Shown in pieces: positions 61,677 through 64,000 of a DNA stretch of 64,000 nt. Source of the DNA: Chiloscyllium plagiosum (Eukaryota). The notes below the pieces were generated by a model. It was not told where the DNA came from and did no database searches. It was given only the letters and a program-made list of their open reading frames with translations. Each line of letters starts with the position of its first letter. Within the stretch, counting starts at the first letter, position 1. The translations under genes and the position numbers were made by a program. Where the stretch lies: the NCBI RefSeq assembly GCF_004010195.1, contig NC_057718.1, positions 15,245,407-15,309,406 on the forward strand. Direction: 5' to 3'.

Positions 61677-62704
61677 CCACTTACTACATAATAAGGTATC
61701 GAAGGACATGGAACGGTTATATAAAATCTGAAATCAAGAATTGGGGATGGAAATCTCCTTAGAGATGTGGGAGGATGTCTGGGAAAATGCTAGGAAGATT
61801 TCTATCTGTAATAGAACTCAGGTTATTCAATTGAAGATACTTCATAGGGCTCACATGGCACCACAGCGACTTGCAAAGTTCAAGGCAGGAGTATCTTTAA
61901 TGTGCCCTAAATGCAAAATAGAAGTTGGTACCCTCACTCATTGTCTGTGGACATGCCATAAGATCCACAGGTATTGGGATAGTGTAGCGAATACTTTGGC
62001 AAAGATTTTGGGAATGGAGATTAGGTTGGACTCAGTGTCTCTACTTTTGAGCTCTCCAAATTTCCCCTCTCTAGATGCATACGGGAGGAAATTATTGACT
62101 ATCCTTTCCTTTTGCGCAAGGAAAAACATCTTAGTAAATTGGGTATCTGACAGTCCCCCTGGACTTTCGAATTTGCATAGGATACTTATGGAATATATCC
62201 CTCCGGACTTCCTTACGAATATGGTGCACCAAAAAACAGAATTATTTTATAGAACATGGCAGCCCTTTTTGAACTACATTGATGCAGATATATCGGTCAT
62301 ATTGTTTAGGGCCTTTGCTTAGCCGTGGGGATGGTTTTGGCTCGTTCAGGGGCTCCCGGAGGAAGAATCCCACATAAATACGGGTTTTGTTATGACTTGA
62401 TATAAATTTATTTTGAATGTGTATCTAGTTATTTATTTACTTATTTATTTTCTCCTTTTTTTGGTTATTGTTAGTAATGTATGATATCCTATTTTGTGTT
62501 TTGGTAGTTTGTAGAATAGATTAGTAGTAGTTAGTTTTCTTAATTTTATATTGATGTTGTTATTATATTGTAAAGTGGAATACACTATTTTGTACTAATT
62601 TTGTAACTTTGTAGAAAATCTCAAAAATCTTTTTTTCATAAAAAAAGATTTGTAGTCACCCATTTAAAACAGTGATTAGATGAATAGTTTTTTTTCTCCT
62701 GTAA

Positions 62705-63180
62705 GAGGAAACATGTTCTGCACATCTGTCCTGTTGAGATCCTTCACATTTCAAACAAGTCACCTTTTACTCTTAAATTCCAGCAGATACAAAACTAGTC
62801 TGTCCAAGCTTTCCTTACGGTACATTCCATTCATTCTGGGTATGTATTTTGAAAACCTTCTCTGAGCTTACAGCAAATACATACATCCTCCCTTAAATAA
62901 AGTGACCAATTTGCACAGCACACCAGATGTCGTCTCATTAATGCCCCATATAGCCAAAGCATAATTTCCCTCCTTTTGTACTTAATTCCCCTTACAATAA
63001 ATATTCACATTTTGTTAATTTTCCTAATTATTTAATGAACCTGCTAACTAACCTTTTGCCATTCATGCCTGAGTACACTTCAATCCCTGTGAATACCAGA
63101 GCTCTGCATCATTTATCATTTAGGTAACATGCTTCTTTTTTATTCTTCCGGTCAAAATGGACAATCTTCCTATTAAAACA
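62705..63180 (-). mobile_element. Degenerate CR1 relic, continuing the relic at 56440-56630
   Basis: aaacatgttctgcacatctgtcctgtt...cttttactcttaaattccagc...gaaaaccttctctg resembles the antisense CR1 ORF2 end. Confidence 0.6.
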
Positions 63181-63275
63181 CCCTTCTGCTCCCTGATCCA
63201 CCCATTCATTACTTTTCTCAATCATTTCTTCCCTCCCTAACCCTCCTGCTCCTTGCTTCTTTGGAGACGTGTGGC

Positions 63276-63872
63276 TGTCACAATGTTGGTATTTTTATAA
63301 GGTTACTATACTCTTGAGGTTTTCTCCAGAGAGGGGGTAATTGGCCAGGCTCCAACTGGGCTGGGTTTAAAAGGTTTATTGGGCCCCTTTTGTTTATCCT
63401 TAACAGGTAATGCCTCTGGCCTAAGGTTTTCATGTCTTAAAAAAGGTATAATCAAAGGGGAGTGGCCAGCTAACTGTGTAACTGGCCTTCCTTTAGAGCT
63501 TTTAATTCAGTTTAGCAGCAGTGTTTGTGAAGAAAGGCTGCTGGGGAAAGTCCAACTGGGTACTCTCTCTCTAACGTCAAGCCTGTATGCTCTGGTTTAT
63601 TTCATTTTTACTGTTTGTGCTAAGGGATGTGTTTATTGGGACTGTTGCAAGTATTTCCGGAACAACATCAGTAATAAGTTATCCGGTATTCTATTTTCTG
63701 TTCTTTATGCTTCATTCCGTAATTTTGTAAATAAATTCTGTTTGTTTGAAACTTGGCAGTTGAATCAGCTAATTCACTCCGAGAATATCCACTGTACACT
63801 CACCTAAAACAAAGTTACAGTCCGGGCTACCTGCTTAAAAATATTTTGAGAGGTCGGTCCTGGTCCATAACA
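63276..63872 (+). mobile_element. Solo LTR
   Basis: TGTCA...TAACA termini, AATAAA near 63730, 5-bp TSD gtggc/gtagc. Confidence 0.75.
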
Positions 63873-64000
63873 GTAGCGAAAGTGAGAAAGTGCAGGAGAA
63901 GAGCTGCAAGTGAGAGAATTTGGAAGAGAAGCAGTGAGCAGTGGCAATTGTAACCTGAGTGTCAGCAAATAACTTAGAAGCAGTAAGTGGGGGGGTTAAT

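Larger units (their letters stand above)
57054..62646 (+). mobile_element. Near full-length decayed L1-clade LINE (5' UTR, deleted ORF1, spacer, ORF2 EN-RT-CCHC, A tail)
   Basis: ORF1 from 57199 with ENR..KNI.LLGLPE and LFQDFS. ORF2 from 58343: TWNIKG, SETH, GGDFN, TRIDFF, PISLLNVD, QTGFIKGR, CPLSPLLF, LYADD (60500), CPKC...HCLWTC, stop 62322. TSD agat(c/t)tgtagtca at 57041-57053 and 62646-62658. Confidence 0.95.

Overview
Vertebrate genomic DNA, almost certainly from a cartilaginous fish (shark): it carries HE1-type V-SINEs, Deu-domain SINE relics and abundant CR1, L1, Gypsy and Penelope-like elements (PLEs). It is mostly intronic/intergenic and repeat-derived, with two assembly gaps. The only host gene I can support is the first coding exon of a SMYD-family SET/MYND lysine methyltransferase, most likely SMYD3 (minus strand, 43103-43263, CpG-rich promoter). 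I could not find exon 2, so 1-43102 is probably one large first intron. The most notable signal is a population of more than a dozen short non-autonomous PLE-derived inserts from at least three families. Many are fold-back inverted repeats with 11-18 bp target-site duplications (TSDs), and they carry minimal hammerhead-ribozyme (HHR) cores (CTGAnGA-A-helixII-GAAA-palindrome-H); at 18338-18553 the core is intact on both strands. Also seen: a near full-length L1 with TSDs inside an apparently inverted segment, with a locally copied inverted ORF1 fragment; a decayed Gypsy provirus; solo LTRs; and a head-to-tail array of tRNA-derived units. All family assignments are by eye and from recalled motifs; no database searches were run.
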